Source of the DNA: Agriterribacter sp.
GTDB lineage: Bacteria > Bacteroidota > Bacteroidia > Chitinophagales > Chitinophagaceae
Direction of reading: 5' to 3'
NCBI GenBank assembly: GCA_037190905.1
Contig: JBBCKG010000019.1
Span: 16,330-80,329, forward strand
Length of the DNA stretch: 64,000 bases
Both the position numbers and the translations under genes were made by a program. The notes under the pieces are model-generated. The model ran no database searches. It saw only the letters and a list, made by a program, of their open reading frames with translations, and was not told where the DNA came from. How positions within the stretch are numbered: the first letter of the stretch is position 1; each line of letters begins with the position of its first letter. Shown piece after piece: positions 46,568-57,096 of the stretch.

Positions 46568-47530
46568 CTACTGATGGGGCAGACTGTTGTTTTTTAAGTT
46601 TTTCAGCATATCTGCCGCTATTTTCTCCAGGTTGTATTCGTGCTGCCACCCCCAGTCGTTCCTCGCTACAGAGTCGTCTATGCTTTGGGGCCAGCTATCT
46701 GCGATAGCCTGCCGGTAGTCTGGCTCGTACTCCATGGTGAAATCAGGAATATGCTTGCGGATTTCGCTGCCGATCTCGTCAGGGGAAAAACTGATACCGG
46801 CGATATTGTAAGCCGTACGCACGGAAATTCTGCTGCTGTCTGCTTCCATGAGCTCTATGGTGGCTCTGATGGCATCGGGCATATACATCATAGGCAAATA
46901 GGTATCTTTACCAAGAAAGCTGATGTATTTTTTTTCTTCTATTGCACCGTGAAATATTTCTACCGCATAATCGGTGGTGCCTCCGCCGGGTGCCGATTTA
47001 TAGCTGATAAGCCCGGGGTAACGCAGGCTTCTCACATCCACCCCGTACCGCTGGTGATAATATTTGCACCAGAACTCACCTGCATATTTGCTGATGCCAT
47101 ATACGGTGGTGGGTTCTATAACGGTTTGCTGCGGGCAGTTTGTTTTGGGCGACGTGGGGCCGAATACAGCGATACTGCTCGGCCAATACACTTTGTGCAG
47201 GTTCTCTTCCCTCGCTATATCCAATACATTCAGCAAACTCTGGGTGTTGAGGTGCCATGCCAGTCCTGGATTTTTTTCACCGGTAGCTGATAAAATGGCG
47301 GCCAACAGGTATATCTGGGTAATGTTTTGGCGTATCACCTGTACGTGCAGCATTTCCTTGTTCATTACATCCAGCGACACATAGGGGCCCGTACCTGCTA
47401 ATAAAGGGTTTTCTTCCCGCAGATCAGAAGCTACCACCTGAGCGTTTCCGTATATCTTTCTAAGTGCAAGGGTAAGCTCCACGCCTATCTGCCCGGAAGC
47501 GCCGATAACCAGTATTTTTTCTTTCAACAT
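46568..47530 (-). CDS. NAD-dependent epimerase/dehydratase family protein (L-threonine 3-dehydrogenase-like extended SDR)
   Basis: 320 aa. Rossmann motif ILVIGASGQIG and catalytic YGISK (YxxxK). Confidence 0.7.
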   Translation of the reverse strand: MLKEKILVIGASGQIGVELTLALRKIYGNAQVVASDLREENPLLAGTGPYVSLDVMNKEMLHVQVIRQNITQIYLLAAILSATGEKNPGLAWHLNTQSLLNVLDIAREENLHKVYWPSSIAVFGPTSPKTNCPQQTVIEPTTVYGISKYAGEFWCKYYHQRYGVDVRSLRYPGLISYKSAPGGGTTDYAVEIFHGAIEEKKYISFLGKDTYLPMMYMPDAIRATIELMEADSSRISVRTAYNIAGISFSPDEIGSEIRKHIPDFTMEYEPDYRQAIADSWPQSIDDSVARNDWGWQHEYNLEKIAADMLKNLKNNSLPHQ

Positions 47531-47650
47531 ATGTGTGGGTATATTTTAATGAATGCCTTTAAAAACAAAAGTCGATTCTTAGAATGTTCATGCAAAAATA
47601 GTTGGTAAGTCAATCAAAAAAATATACTTTACTCTACAAATTCCACTTCT

Positions 47651-48073
47651 ATGCTACAAACGAACAAAAACAAATTGTTTGTGGGGCTGGCATTGTGCGC
47701 CATATTGATGATGGGCGTTGCCGCTACCACTGCTGATGTACCCAAACGAAACCTGAAAGTACTACCCAAAAACATTGCGCACGAAGACCTGGAAAGAATT
47801 ATGAAGGAATTCAATGTGGCCCTGGGTGTAAAGTGTAACCATTGCCATGCCCCCTCCAAAACCTCGCCGGGAAAACTCGATTTTAAGAGCGATGAAAAAC
47901 AGGAAAAGGAAGTAACAAGATCTATGATGAAACTAACTGCCCGGATCAACAAAAAGTATTTCGGACACGATGTGAAGAAGGGCGGAGACGCTCCTGTTAC
48001 CTGCATCACCTGCCACAACGGAAAAACGCATCCGCTAAGCAAAATTGAACTACCTCCGCCGCCAGACAAGTAG
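47651..48073 (+). CDS. Small secreted dihaem c-type cytochrome (reaction-centre cytochrome c subunit-like family)
   Basis: 140 aa. Signal peptide and two CxxCH sites (CNHCH, CITCH). The NLKVLPKNI...FNVALGVKCNHCH pattern is recalled from Bacteroidota proteins assigned to the CytoC_RC family. Confidence 0.7.
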   Translation: MLQTNKNKLFVGLALCAILMMGVAATTADVPKRNLKVLPKNIAHEDLERIMKEFNVALGVKCNHCHAPSKTSPGKLDFKSDEKQEKEVTRSMMKLTARINKKYFGHDVKKGGDAPVTCITCHNGKTHPLSKIELPPPPDK

Positions 48074-48096
48074 TATACATCATACAAACAGCTATA

Positions 48097-48123
48097 AGAC
48101 TTGCACCCGCAGGTCTTTTTTTG
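48097..48123 (+). terminator. Rho-independent terminator after the small cytochrome c gene
   Basis: AGACTTGC (48097-48104), loop ACCC, GCAGGTCT (48109-48116) with one G-U pair, followed by a T7 run. Confidence 0.65.
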
Positions 48124-48215
48124 CCTGCTTTCGAACAAAGAATAGTCAAAGTATTACCAACAGAGGTATTGTACATGCTGCGGTTTTATGGCGTCATGCT
48201 TTTTAACAGCCTCTT

Positions 48216-49214
48216 TTACAGTTGCCTGATTTTCGAAACCAGCTCTTTCAATAAAGAAGCATCTTCTGTACCTGCATCGTGTATACCGATGCTTCTCAGG
48301 TTATACTGGTGTAGCAGCAGCAGTGCTTTTTCCACCCCATCGTATCCGTAGTTTTTGGCAGCAGCCATGTAATCTTTTATGAAATAGGGATTCACCCCGA
48401 TCGCAGCAGCAGCGGTTTTGTCGTCGCCTTTTATACCGAACAGCATATATACCCTGCTGAAAAAGTTGTATACAGCCGGCAATACCATCTGAATAGGCCC
48501 TGCTTTGGGATTCGACTCAAAATACTGGATAATCTGGAAAGCTTTAGCAAAATCCTTCCGCTGTAACGCCGACTGCAGCTCAAAAACGTTGTATTCCTTG
48601 CTCACGCCTACATGCTCCTCAATATCTTCCTCTGAAATTGTTTTTTTTGCCCCGAGGTTCAGCATCAGCTTATCCACCTCATTGCTGATACGGCTGATAT
48701 CATTGCCAATGTGTTCGGTAAGCAGCAGTGCGGCCCGGGGTGTGATGGCATATCCTTTGGATGCTACCAGATTGCTGGTCCAGTCGGGAAGCTGGTTATC
48801 GTACATTTTTTTGGTAGACAGCAGCACAGACCGCTGTTTTAGTAATTTGGCCAGTTTGCTGCGTCCATCTACTTTTTTTTCCTTGTAAGCCACTACCAGT
48901 ATAGTGGATGGCAGGGGTTGTTCGATGTAGGCTTCCAGTTTATCGATATCGCGCATATGCTGCGCCTCCTTCAGTATCACCACCTGCCGGTCTGAAAACA
49001 TGGGATACCGTCTGCAGGCATTCACCACATCGGGCCAGGCTGCATCTTTACCGTAAAAGACAGAGAGATTGAACCCTGCCTCTGATTCCGAAAGAATGGC
49101 GTGTTCGGCGTGGTGTACCAGGCGATCAATGTAATACGGTTCTTCACCTTCCAGCCAGTAAACCGGTTGAAAAACACCTTTTTTCCAATCTGTTAAAATT
49201 TTGTCCGCACTCAT
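48216..49214 (-). CDS. holA: DNA polymerase III delta subunit
   Basis: 332 aa. The size and the N-terminal VYWLEGEEPYYIDRL plus FNLSVFYG blocks are typical of Bacteroidota HolA. Confidence 0.7.
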   Translation of the reverse strand: MSADKILTDWKKGVFQPVYWLEGEEPYYIDRLVHHAEHAILSESEAGFNLSVFYGKDAAWPDVVNACRRYPMFSDRQVVILKEAQHMRDIDKLEAYIEQPLPSTILVVAYKEKKVDGRSKLAKLLKQRSVLLSTKKMYDNQLPDWTSNLVASKGYAITPRAALLLTEHIGNDISRISNEVDKLMLNLGAKKTISEEDIEEHVGVSKEYNVFELQSALQRKDFAKAFQIIQYFESNPKAGPIQMVLPAVYNFFSRVYMLFGIKGDDKTAAAAIGVNPYFIKDYMAAAKNYGYDGVEKALLLLHQYNLRSIGIHDAGTEDASLLKELVSKIRQL

Positions 49215-49259
49215 AATGAAACTGCAAAATAGTTAAAACCCGGCATTCCCGTTATCACC

Positions 49260-49985
49260 TCAACCAATATGAATGCTGCTCTCCGGCAAATGAGGCAGGC
49301 TTTTAAAATGCAACAGTATATTCGCCACCGTTAGCACATCTTTTTGACAGTATACAACAATACGCGGAAGATTTCGTTCGTTGTAGTACACATCCTGTAC
49401 CATGCTACCGTCAATATCGTCTTTGGGCGTATCGATACCCAGAACGGCCGCCAGGAGTTTCAGAGAAATAAAGTTTTTGTAGTCACCGAATTTCCAAAGC
49501 TCCAGCGTATCCAGCAGGTTCGTTTCCCAGGGCTTTTTTCCGTACAATTGTAAACACTTTGGTAAGCCTACGCGGTTAATGATCATGCGGCGGCACAGAT
49601 AAGGAACATCGAATTCCTTTATATTGTGACCAGATAGAATAATGAGGCCCCGTTTGTCGTTAAAGGCGTTCACCAGCGAAACAAATTCCTGTAACAAAAC
49701 CTTTTCGTCATCGCCACTAACAGACCTGATTTTAAAATGAAGATCGCCACCGGATTCATGATAAAAAAAACCACAGGATATACAGACGATCTTTCCAAAT
49801 TCCGCCAAAATACCCGCCCGCTCGCGGTAGTAGCCGGCAGCAGAAAACGTTTCTGGCATGGTTTTGGAAACCTTCTCTTCCCAAAGGCCCTGCCAAACCA
49901 CTGGCAAGTGTTGAAAATCAGGGACTCCGGGCACTGTTTCAATATCAATAACCAATACCTTTGTAAGGTCTACTGCGTTGAGCAT
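49260..49985 (-). CDS. Predicted 3'-5' exonuclease (RNase H-like fold, PolB exonuclease-domain-related)
   Basis: ATG at 49985 (MLNAVDLTKVLVIDIETVP...), with Exo I DIET, SGHNIKEFDVPYL (Exo II-like) and YCQKDV (Exo III-like). Confidence 0.6.
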   Translation of the reverse strand: MLNAVDLTKVLVIDIETVPGVPDFQHLPVVWQGLWEEKVSKTMPETFSAAGYYRERAGILAEFGKIVCISCGFFYHESGGDLHFKIRSVSGDDEKVLLQEFVSLVNAFNDKRGLIILSGHNIKEFDVPYLCRRMIINRVGLPKCLQLYGKKPWETNLLDTLELWKFGDYKNFISLKLLAAVLGIDTPKDDIDGSMVQDVYYNERNLPRIVVYCQKDVLTVANILLHFKSLPHLPESSIHIG

Positions 49986-50035
49986 GGTCGGACATTTTAA
50001 AAAAAACAAACAAATAAACACTAAAAATAAACACT

Positions 50036-51013
50036 ATGAGCGCTTCAAATTATCCCTCAACTTCGGGATACCCCCAACCCCCCAAAAAAGATAACCGTGG
50101 TATTATTTACGGTGTATTGATTGCCGCCTTATTAGGTACATGGGGCTACATCATCTACGATAAAAGTAAAACCAAAGAAGTAATCCAGCAAAAGGATGTT
50201 CAATATGCATCGCTGGATTCCGTACGGATTCAACTGACAGCTGATTATGAAGCTGCGGAGATTCGTCTTGATAAAATGACGTCGGAAAACACCAAGCTCG
50301 ACAGCCTGGTAAAAACCAGAGACAAGGAAGTAACCGAGATGAGGTCGCGCATTAAAACCCTCATCAGCAAACAAAATGCATCGGCATCAGACCTGGCAGA
50401 AGCCCGGAAACTGATCAATTCGCTGAACGGAAAAATTGAAGAGTATGTAAAAGAAATAGAAAGACTGACTGGCGAAAACATTCAGTTGCAGGCCGACAAA
50501 GAACAACTGAGCTCAGAAAAGCAGGAGCTGACTACCTCGCTTGATCAGAAATTGACTGAGAACAAAGACCTGGCCGGCAAGGTGGAAGTGGGTTCTACCC
50601 TCAATGCTACTAACTTCGTGATCGTTGCCATCAACGAGAAAAAAAGTGGTAAGGAATCTGAAACTTCCCGGGCCAAGCGCGCAGATAAGTTCAGGGTTTC
50701 CTTTGATGTGGAAAACAGGCTGGCACCCAGCGGCACCAAAGACCTGTATGTAGTGGTAACCAACCCGGAAGGAGTAGTGGTAAAAGAAGAAGGGCTGGGA
50801 TCCGGATCGCTGACCACCCGTGAAGACGGTGATAAAGACTATACCAATAAAGTGTCGATAGATTACGAGCAGGGCAGAAAGAAAAATGTAAGCTTCGATC
50901 TGAAGCAGGCCGACAAATACACCAAAGGAACCTATAAGGTGGAAGTATTTGAAAACGGCTTTAAAATTGGCGAAGGTACCGTGACCCTTAAAAAAGGTGG
51001 TATTTTCGGATAA
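50036..51013 (+). CDS. Membrane-anchored coiled-coil protein with a C-terminal beta-rich domain, function unknown
   Basis: 325 aa. Pro-rich N-terminus, one TM helix (IIYGVLIAALLGTWGYIIY) and about 130 aa of heptad-like coiled coil before the C-terminal beta-rich domain. Confidence 0.5.
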   Translation: MSASNYPSTSGYPQPPKKDNRGIIYGVLIAALLGTWGYIIYDKSKTKEVIQQKDVQYASLDSVRIQLTADYEAAEIRLDKMTSENTKLDSLVKTRDKEVTEMRSRIKTLISKQNASASDLAEARKLINSLNGKIEEYVKEIERLTGENIQLQADKEQLSSEKQELTTSLDQKLTENKDLAGKVEVGSTLNATNFVIVAINEKKSGKESETSRAKRADKFRVSFDVENRLAPSGTKDLYVVVTNPEGVVVKEEGLGSGSLTTREDGDKDYTNKVSIDYEQGRKKNVSFDLKQADKYTKGTYKVEVFENGFKIGEGTVTLKKGGIFG

Positions 51014-51110
51014 TTTGAATGTTGTACATAGCATAGCATATTATAAAAATGCCGGAATGTTTCCGGCATTTTTATTTGCATTATTTTAGAGAATAAATCA
51101 TTGCTTTAAT

Positions 51111-52118
51111 ATGAAACCCACGATCAATATAGGCATGCTGGGTTTGGGAAGAATGGGGCAGATTCATTTCCGACACCTGACCCAACATACAGCGGGTGCC
51201 CTCGTAGTGGCGATAGCAGATCCACTGTCGGAAGAAACAACTTTCCGACAAAAATGGAAGGTGGCCCGGTATTATACAGATCCGTATGCATTGCTGGAAA
51301 CAGCCGATATAGATGCGGTGATTATATCTACACCTACCGATACCCATGCCGGTCTGGTAGAAAAAGCAATCAACAGCAAAAAGCATATTTTCTGTGAAAA
51401 GCCGCTCGACCTGTCGCTCGATGTTACCAGACGGCTGCTGAAGCAGGCTGCGGCTGCAGGTATACAACTAATGCTGGGCTTCAACCGGCGGTTTGATCCC
51501 GACGTGCTGGAAGCCAGACAATGTATTGAAAACGGGCGCATAGGGAACGTACAGATCATCAAAATCACCAACCGCGACCCGGCCATTCCCCCGATTGCAT
51601 TCATACGCTCATCCGGCGGTATGTTCATGGATTTTTCCATCCATGATTTTGATATGGCAGGATACCTGATGCAAAAGAAAGTAACGGAAGTGTTTGCAAA
51701 AGGACTGGTATTTATGGATGCCGCAGTGGGCGAAGCGGGCGACATTGATACAGCGTTGGTAACACTTACTTTCGAGGATGGCACCTATGCGGTAATCGAC
51801 AACAGCCGGAAAGCCGTGTATGGATACGATCAGCGGATAGAAATTTTTGGCGATCGGGGAATGATGATGGTAAACAACAACCCAAGGCACCATACTGTAC
51901 TGTACGATGAATCGGGCGAGCACCGGGCACTCCCCCTGTCGTCTTTCGTTCAACGGTATGAACGCTCCTACCTGAACGAAATAACAGCTTTCATCGAGGC
52001 CATCCGGCACCATACACCTATTCCGCAAACAGCGGCAGAAATAGAAACAGCCACCGAAATTGCGTATGCTGCCCAACAGTCGCTTCGTGAACAGCGACCG
52101 GTAACAATGGGGAAGTAA
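51111..52118 (+). CDS. Gfo/Idh/MocA family oxidoreductase (inositol 2-dehydrogenase-like)
   Basis: 335 aa. Rossmann INIGMLGLGRMGQIH, and the EKP motif (IFCEKPL). Confidence 0.8.
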   Translation: MKPTINIGMLGLGRMGQIHFRHLTQHTAGALVVAIADPLSEETTFRQKWKVARYYTDPYALLETADIDAVIISTPTDTHAGLVEKAINSKKHIFCEKPLDLSLDVTRRLLKQAAAAGIQLMLGFNRRFDPDVLEARQCIENGRIGNVQIIKITNRDPAIPPIAFIRSSGGMFMDFSIHDFDMAGYLMQKKVTEVFAKGLVFMDAAVGEAGDIDTALVTLTFEDGTYAVIDNSRKAVYGYDQRIEIFGDRGMMMVNNNPRHHTVLYDESGEHRALPLSSFVQRYERSYLNEITAFIEAIRHHTPIPQTAAEIETATEIAYAAQQSLREQRPVTMGK

Positions 52119-52130
52119 TAAACGCGGCGC

Positions 52131-52153
52131 AAAAAACCTGCATATGAAGGTTT
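52131..52153 (-). terminator. Possible terminator hairpin downstream of dnaJ
   Basis: On the minus strand: AAACCT, 8-nt loop, AGGTTT, followed by TTT. The stem is only 6 bp, so support is weak. Confidence 0.35.
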
Positions 52154-52233
52154 CAGTGACGGTAAAAGAAGAATACCTGCATAAGATTTGAGCAGTCCTG
52201 ATTTGGATGTATACCGGTCGCTCCTGTTGCCGG

Positions 52234-53388
52234 TTACCCGAACATCTCTTTCACACGTTCAAAAAAGCTTTTATCGCTTTTGTTGGGCTGGGGCCTGAAA
52301 TTCGGTGAATCCTGCAGCCTTTCCAATATTTCTTTTTCCTCGCTGCTTACAGTTTGCGGGGTCCATACATTCACATGAATCATTTCATCACCTCTTTCGT
52401 AGGAGTTGATAGCCGGAAAACCCTTGCCTTTCAGCCGGAATATTTTCCCGCTTTGGGTACCCGCCGGAATCTTTATTTTCGCCTTACCATCTATGGTAGG
52501 TACTTCCAGTTGCGTGCCGAACACGGCATCTGTAAAGGATATATGCAGATCGTATACCACGTTTAAACCCTCCCGCTGCAATTCAGGATGGCTTTCTTCT
52601 TCTATCAGTATAATCAGATCGCCGGAGGCACCGCCTCTTTCACCGGCATTGCCTTTACCACTCATGCTCAACTGAATGCCTTCCTGCACACCTGCGGGAA
52701 TTTCAATATGCACGGTTTCTTCTCCATACACTCTTCCTTCCCCTTTACACGATGTACATTTATTGCTGATGGTGGTGCCTTCGCCGTTGCAGGATGAACA
52801 GGTGGTTACGGTTTGCATCTGGCCCAGGAAAGTATTCTGTACCTTACGCACCTGCCCCGTACCGCCGCAGGTAGCACAGGTTTGTACGCCACCTTTGTCT
52901 TTTGCACCGGTGTTGCCGCAGGTAGTACAACCTACATATTTTTTTACTTTAATCGTTTTGGTAGCGCCGTTGGCCATCTCTTCGAAATTGAGCCTTATTT
53001 TCACGCGAAGGTTGCTGCCACGCGTGCCACGGGCTCTTGTACCGCCACCGCCTCTCCGACCACCGCCAAAAAAGCTACCAAAAATATCATCACCGAATAC
53101 GTCGCCGAACTGGCTGAATATATCATCCATATTCATGCCGCCTCCGCCAAATCCGCCGCTTCTACCTCCCACTCCTGCATGCCCAAACCGGTCGTACTGT
53201 GCTTTTTTATCGCTGTCGCTCAACACCTCGTATGCTTCTGCCGCTTCCTTAAATTTTTCCTCTGCCGCCTTGTCGCCCGGGTTACGGTCGGGGTGGTATT
53301 GCATAGCTACTTTCCTGTATGCCTTTTTTATTTCTTCAGCGGATGCGGATTTTGACACGCCCAACACTTCGTAGTAGTCTCTTTTCAT
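52234..53388 (-). CDS. dnaJ: Molecular chaperone DnaJ
   Basis: J domain with HPDRNPGD, a G/F-rich linker and four CxxCxGxG zinc-finger repeats ([32 protein letters not shown]). Confidence 0.95.
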   Translation of the reverse strand: MKRDYYEVLGVSKSASAEEIKKAYRKVAMQYHPDRNPGDKAAEEKFKEAAEAYEVLSDSDKKAQYDRFGHAGVGGRSGGFGGGGMNMDDIFSQFGDVFGDDIFGSFFGGGRRGGGGTRARGTRGSNLRVKIRLNFEEMANGATKTIKVKKYVGCTTCGNTGAKDKGGVQTCATCGGTGQVRKVQNTFLGQMQTVTTCSSCNGEGTTISNKCTSCKGEGRVYGEETVHIEIPAGVQEGIQLSMSGKGNAGERGGASGDLIILIEEESHPELQREGLNVVYDLHISFTDAVFGTQLEVPTIDGKAKIKIPAGTQSGKIFRLKGKGFPAINSYERGDEMIHVNVWTPQTVSSEEKEILERLQDSPNFRPQPNKSDKSFFERVKEMFG

Positions 53389-53486
53389 ATAAGTATTAAA
53401 TACCGGTTTATTACAAACGTAATCTTACATTTTATTGTATAAAAGGCAGCAGCAATTGCAGGCAGGAGCATTCTATACCATTAGGA

Positions 53487-54053
53487 TCAGTTGCCTACCA
53501 CTACTTTGGCAAACCGGATGATCTTGTCATTGAGGTAATACCCTTTCACTATTTCATCCACTATTTTACCCTTTTGATTTTCGTCGGTTACCGGCACCTG
53601 AGAAACCGCTTCCTGCTCATCAGGATTAAATTCCTGTCCTGCGCATTCCATCGGTTTTAGTCCCTTTGCAGAAAGAACAGACCGCAGTTTATTGAATACC
53701 AGTAACACCCCTTCCGTGATGGGTGTGTTCTCTGATTCACTCATCATTTTTTCAGCCCGGTCGCAATCGTCCAGTATATCCAGCAGTGACACTATTACCT
53801 CTTTACCGGCTGTTTGCATCAATTCCACTCTTTCCTTGGCACTGCGGCGCCGGAAATTATCAAACTCAGCATACAAGCGCAGGTATTTGTCTTTTTGCTC
53901 AGCGAGTTCGGCACTCAGTTTTTCCGCATTACCTGTCATTTGCTCAGCCGCTTCGGTTCCTTCTGCCATATTTGTCAGCTCTTCTGCCTCATTGATCCTT
54001 GTCTCATTCACATCATGCTGATTATCAACGTTATTTTTCTTTTCTTGTTCCAT
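53487..54053 (-). CDS. grpE: Nucleotide exchange factor GrpE
   Basis: 188 aa. YLRLYAEFDNFRRR and C-terminal VKGYYLNDKIIRFAKVVV. Lies upstream of dnaJ. Confidence 0.9.
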   Translation of the reverse strand: MEQEKKNNVDNQHDVNETRINEAEELTNMAEGTEAAEQMTGNAEKLSAELAEQKDKYLRLYAEFDNFRRRSAKERVELMQTAGKEVIVSLLDILDDCDRAEKMMSESENTPITEGVLLVFNKLRSVLSAKGLKPMECAGQEFNPDEQEAVSQVPVTDENQKGKIVDEIVKGYYLNDKIIRFAKVVVGN

Positions 54054-54221
54054 GATTGCCTTTAATTATTATTGGCTGTGTATAAAATCAACAAGCTTGC
54101 CAAGGTATTATTCAGGTCAAAATGTCGTTTTCCTTACATACCATTCAACAAAATATGCCGGAGTTGGTTCTATGTTGACCGCTGCCCTGCCCCCGACTAC
54201 GCTTTGCAGCATCAACAAGCA

Positions 54222-56894
54222 CTATTTTTGGTCCAGATCCAGTTGTGCCAGCGTTTCTTCTATTGCGCTGATCTTAGCCTCCGCATCTGCCTTTTTCTTC
54301 CTTTCAATGGCTACCACTTCGGGCCTGGCATTCTGCACAAACCGTTCGTTGCCCAGCTTTTTCTCTACAGAAATCAAGAAACCCCGTTGGTATTCCAGGT
54401 CTTTCTCCAACTGCTGTTTTTGTGCCGCCATATCTACCGGCGTTTCTGCCTGGATATACAGGCGGTCGCGGCCCGATACGATATTCAGACAATTTGCCAC
54501 CGGCTCATGCACGGGCACAATCGAAGTGGCATTTACCTGCCTGGCCCATACATTGGTGATATTTTTGTAAACATCGCTATCGTCTGTTTGTAAAAAAACG
54601 GCGATTTCCTGTTTCGGTTTCAACTGATTCCTGACTCTTGCATCCCGCACCGCTGTAATTACCTGCTTGAGCAGTTCTCCTTCCGCCAGCCGGGTAGTAT
54701 CTGCAACGGCATCAGGAGGAAGTGTTTTTATGCACAACGGTGTGCGGTTACCGATGATACTATTGATTTCTTCGGTGATAAATGGCATGAAAGGATGAAG
54801 CAGTTGCAACAGTTCACTGAAAAAATTAACGGTCTTATAAAAAACAGCGGCAGCAACAGGTTGCTCATATGCGGGCTTTACCCACTCCAGGTACCAACTA
54901 CAGAAATCGTCCCATATCAGTGAATAAATCACTTTGAGCGCTTCACTGAGCCGGAATTCACTGATCAGCTTATCTACCTGCAGCCGGGCCTCGTTCAGCC
55001 GGCTGGCAAACCATTCTGTGGCAAAGCTATCCTGTTCGGGGAGGTCGGCACTGAGCTTCTGCTCCCACATCTTCACCAGCTTCAGGGCATTCCACATTTT
55101 ATTATTAAAAAACCGTCCCTGTTCCAGCGAAGCTGTATCGAACAACAAATCGTTGCCCGCCGGAGAAGAGATCATAATGCCAAACCGAACGGCATCGGCG
55201 CCATATTCGTCGATCAGTTGCAGCAGGTCGGGGGAGTTGCCCAGTTGCTTACTCATTTTTCTCCCCAGCTTATCACGCACCATGCCGGTGAAGTATACAT
55301 CTCTGAAGGGAATGGCCTGCTCCAGTGGTTTTTCTGTATTGTATGCCAGTCCCGCCATGATCATGCGGGCCACCCAGAAGAAAATAATATCCTGCCCCGT
55401 CACCAATACAGCGGTTGGATAATAATAATTGACATCTGCATTACCAGGGTTGGAAATGCCTTTAAATACCTCCATCGGCCACAGCCACGACGAGAACCAG
55501 GTATCCAGCACATCTGCATCCTGCGTTAATATTTCTGCTGTACCAAATTGTTGCTGATACAATGCATAGGCGGCTGCTTCGTTTTCTGCCACTACACAGT
55601 TCCCCTTGCTGTCGTACCAGGCAGGTATCTGCTGCCCCCACCAGAGTTGGCGACTGATGCACCAATCTTTTACATTTTCCAGCCAGTATTTATAAGTAGC
55701 GAGGAACCGGTCTCCGGGGTGTATGGCGATAGCGCCTTCCACCACGGCTTCCAGGGCGGGTGCTGCCAGTTCTTTCATCTTTAGAAACCACTGGGTACTG
55801 ATGCGGGGCTCTACCAGGGCGCCGGTACGCTGGCTGTAGCCTAAACGGGTAGCATAGTTTTCTTCCTTTACGATCAGCCCTTTCTCCCGCAATTCGGCCA
55901 CAATTTTTTTGCGGGCGGCAAACCGGTCTTCTCCCACATAAATAGTAGCCGCTTCGCTGAGGGTGCCGTCGGCATTCAGCGTATCTACTATTTCCAGGTT
56001 GTGCTTCAATCCCAGGTTATAATCGTTGATATCGTGTGCCGGCGTTACTTTCAGTGCACCGGTCCCGAAGGCCATATCCACATATTCGTCGAATATGATC
56101 GGAATCCGGCGATTGATCAGCGGTATCACTGCAAAAGCGCCTTTCAGGTGCGCATATCGCTCATCATCCGGATGCACACAGATGGCTGTATCGCCCATAA
56201 TAGTTTCCGGTCGCTGGGTAGCAATGATAATCTCCCCCTCTCCTTTTGCCGGCGTTACCAGCGGATTGCCCGCTGCATCGGCAATGGCATAGCGAATATG
56301 ATAGAGGGTGCCTTCGCCGTCTTTGTATTCTACTTCCTCGTCGCTCAGGGCAGTTTGCGCTTCGGGATCCCAGTGAATCATCCGGGCGCCCCGGTAAATC
56401 ATTCCCTTGCGGTACAGGTCTGTAAACACTTTAATCACGGCACTGTAATACTCCTTGTCCATGGTAAAAGTAACCCTGTTCCAATCTACGCTACAGCCCA
56501 GTTTTTCTATCTGATGATAAATGATGCCCCCATATTTCTCTTTCCATTCAAAAGCATGCTTTAGAAAATCTTCCCGGGTAAGCGCATTCTTATCGATTCC
56601 TTTTTCCCGGAGCATGGCTACCACTTTAGCTTCGGTGGCAATGGAAGCATGGTCGCTGCCCGGCACCCAGCAGGCATTGAACCCCTTCATCCGGGCACGG
56701 CGCACCAGTATATCCTGCACGGTTTCGTTGAGGGTATGTCCCATGTGCAGCACGCCTGTCACATTGGGCGGTGGTATCACCACGGTATAAGCCGGACGGT
56801 CATCGGGCGTACTGTTAAAATAACCGCCTGCTTTCCAGGCCTCATTCCATTTATTTTCAACCTCTTTGGGGGTATAATTTTTGCTCAGTTCCAT
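54222..56894 (-). CDS. valS: Valine--tRNA ligase
   Basis: 890 aa. HIGH-type PPPNVTGVLHMGH, KMSKS (GRKMSKQLGNSPD), an editing domain and a C-terminal coiled coil. Confidence 0.95.
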   Translation of the reverse strand: MELSKNYTPKEVENKWNEAWKAGGYFNSTPDDRPAYTVVIPPPNVTGVLHMGHTLNETVQDILVRRARMKGFNACWVPGSDHASIATEAKVVAMLREKGIDKNALTREDFLKHAFEWKEKYGGIIYHQIEKLGCSVDWNRVTFTMDKEYYSAVIKVFTDLYRKGMIYRGARMIHWDPEAQTALSDEEVEYKDGEGTLYHIRYAIADAAGNPLVTPAKGEGEIIIATQRPETIMGDTAICVHPDDERYAHLKGAFAVIPLINRRIPIIFDEYVDMAFGTGALKVTPAHDINDYNLGLKHNLEIVDTLNADGTLSEAATIYVGEDRFAARKKIVAELREKGLIVKEENYATRLGYSQRTGALVEPRISTQWFLKMKELAAPALEAVVEGAIAIHPGDRFLATYKYWLENVKDWCISRQLWWGQQIPAWYDSKGNCVVAENEAAAYALYQQQFGTAEILTQDADVLDTWFSSWLWPMEVFKGISNPGNADVNYYYPTAVLVTGQDIIFFWVARMIMAGLAYNTEKPLEQAIPFRDVYFTGMVRDKLGRKMSKQLGNSPDLLQLIDEYGADAVRFGIMISSPAGNDLLFDTASLEQGRFFNNKMWNALKLVKMWEQKLSADLPEQDSFATEWFASRLNEARLQVDKLISEFRLSEALKVIYSLIWDDFCSWYLEWVKPAYEQPVAAAVFYKTVNFFSELLQLLHPFMPFITEEINSIIGNRTPLCIKTLPPDAVADTTRLAEGELLKQVITAVRDARVRNQLKPKQEIAVFLQTDDSDVYKNITNVWARQVNATSIVPVHEPVANCLNIVSGRDRLYIQAETPVDMAAQKQQLEKDLEYQRGFLISVEKKLGNERFVQNARPEVVAIERKKKADAEAKISAIEETLAQLDLDQK

Positions 56895-57096
56895 ATATCA
56901 ACTTAAAGTGCGCAAAGGTAAGTATTATTGAGAAGCCTGTAACAAGGTCTGTACCCGCTAAATCTAAAAAAACAACCTGTCTGGCTGCTTCCTGATCGCA
57001 CACCAGCCTAAGAACAGCTAAGGTATCGTACAAGAAAAGACCTTTCCCGGCCAGATGCATTCTACCCAACTCCGGTATTCTCTGTTTCTTTGCAAT

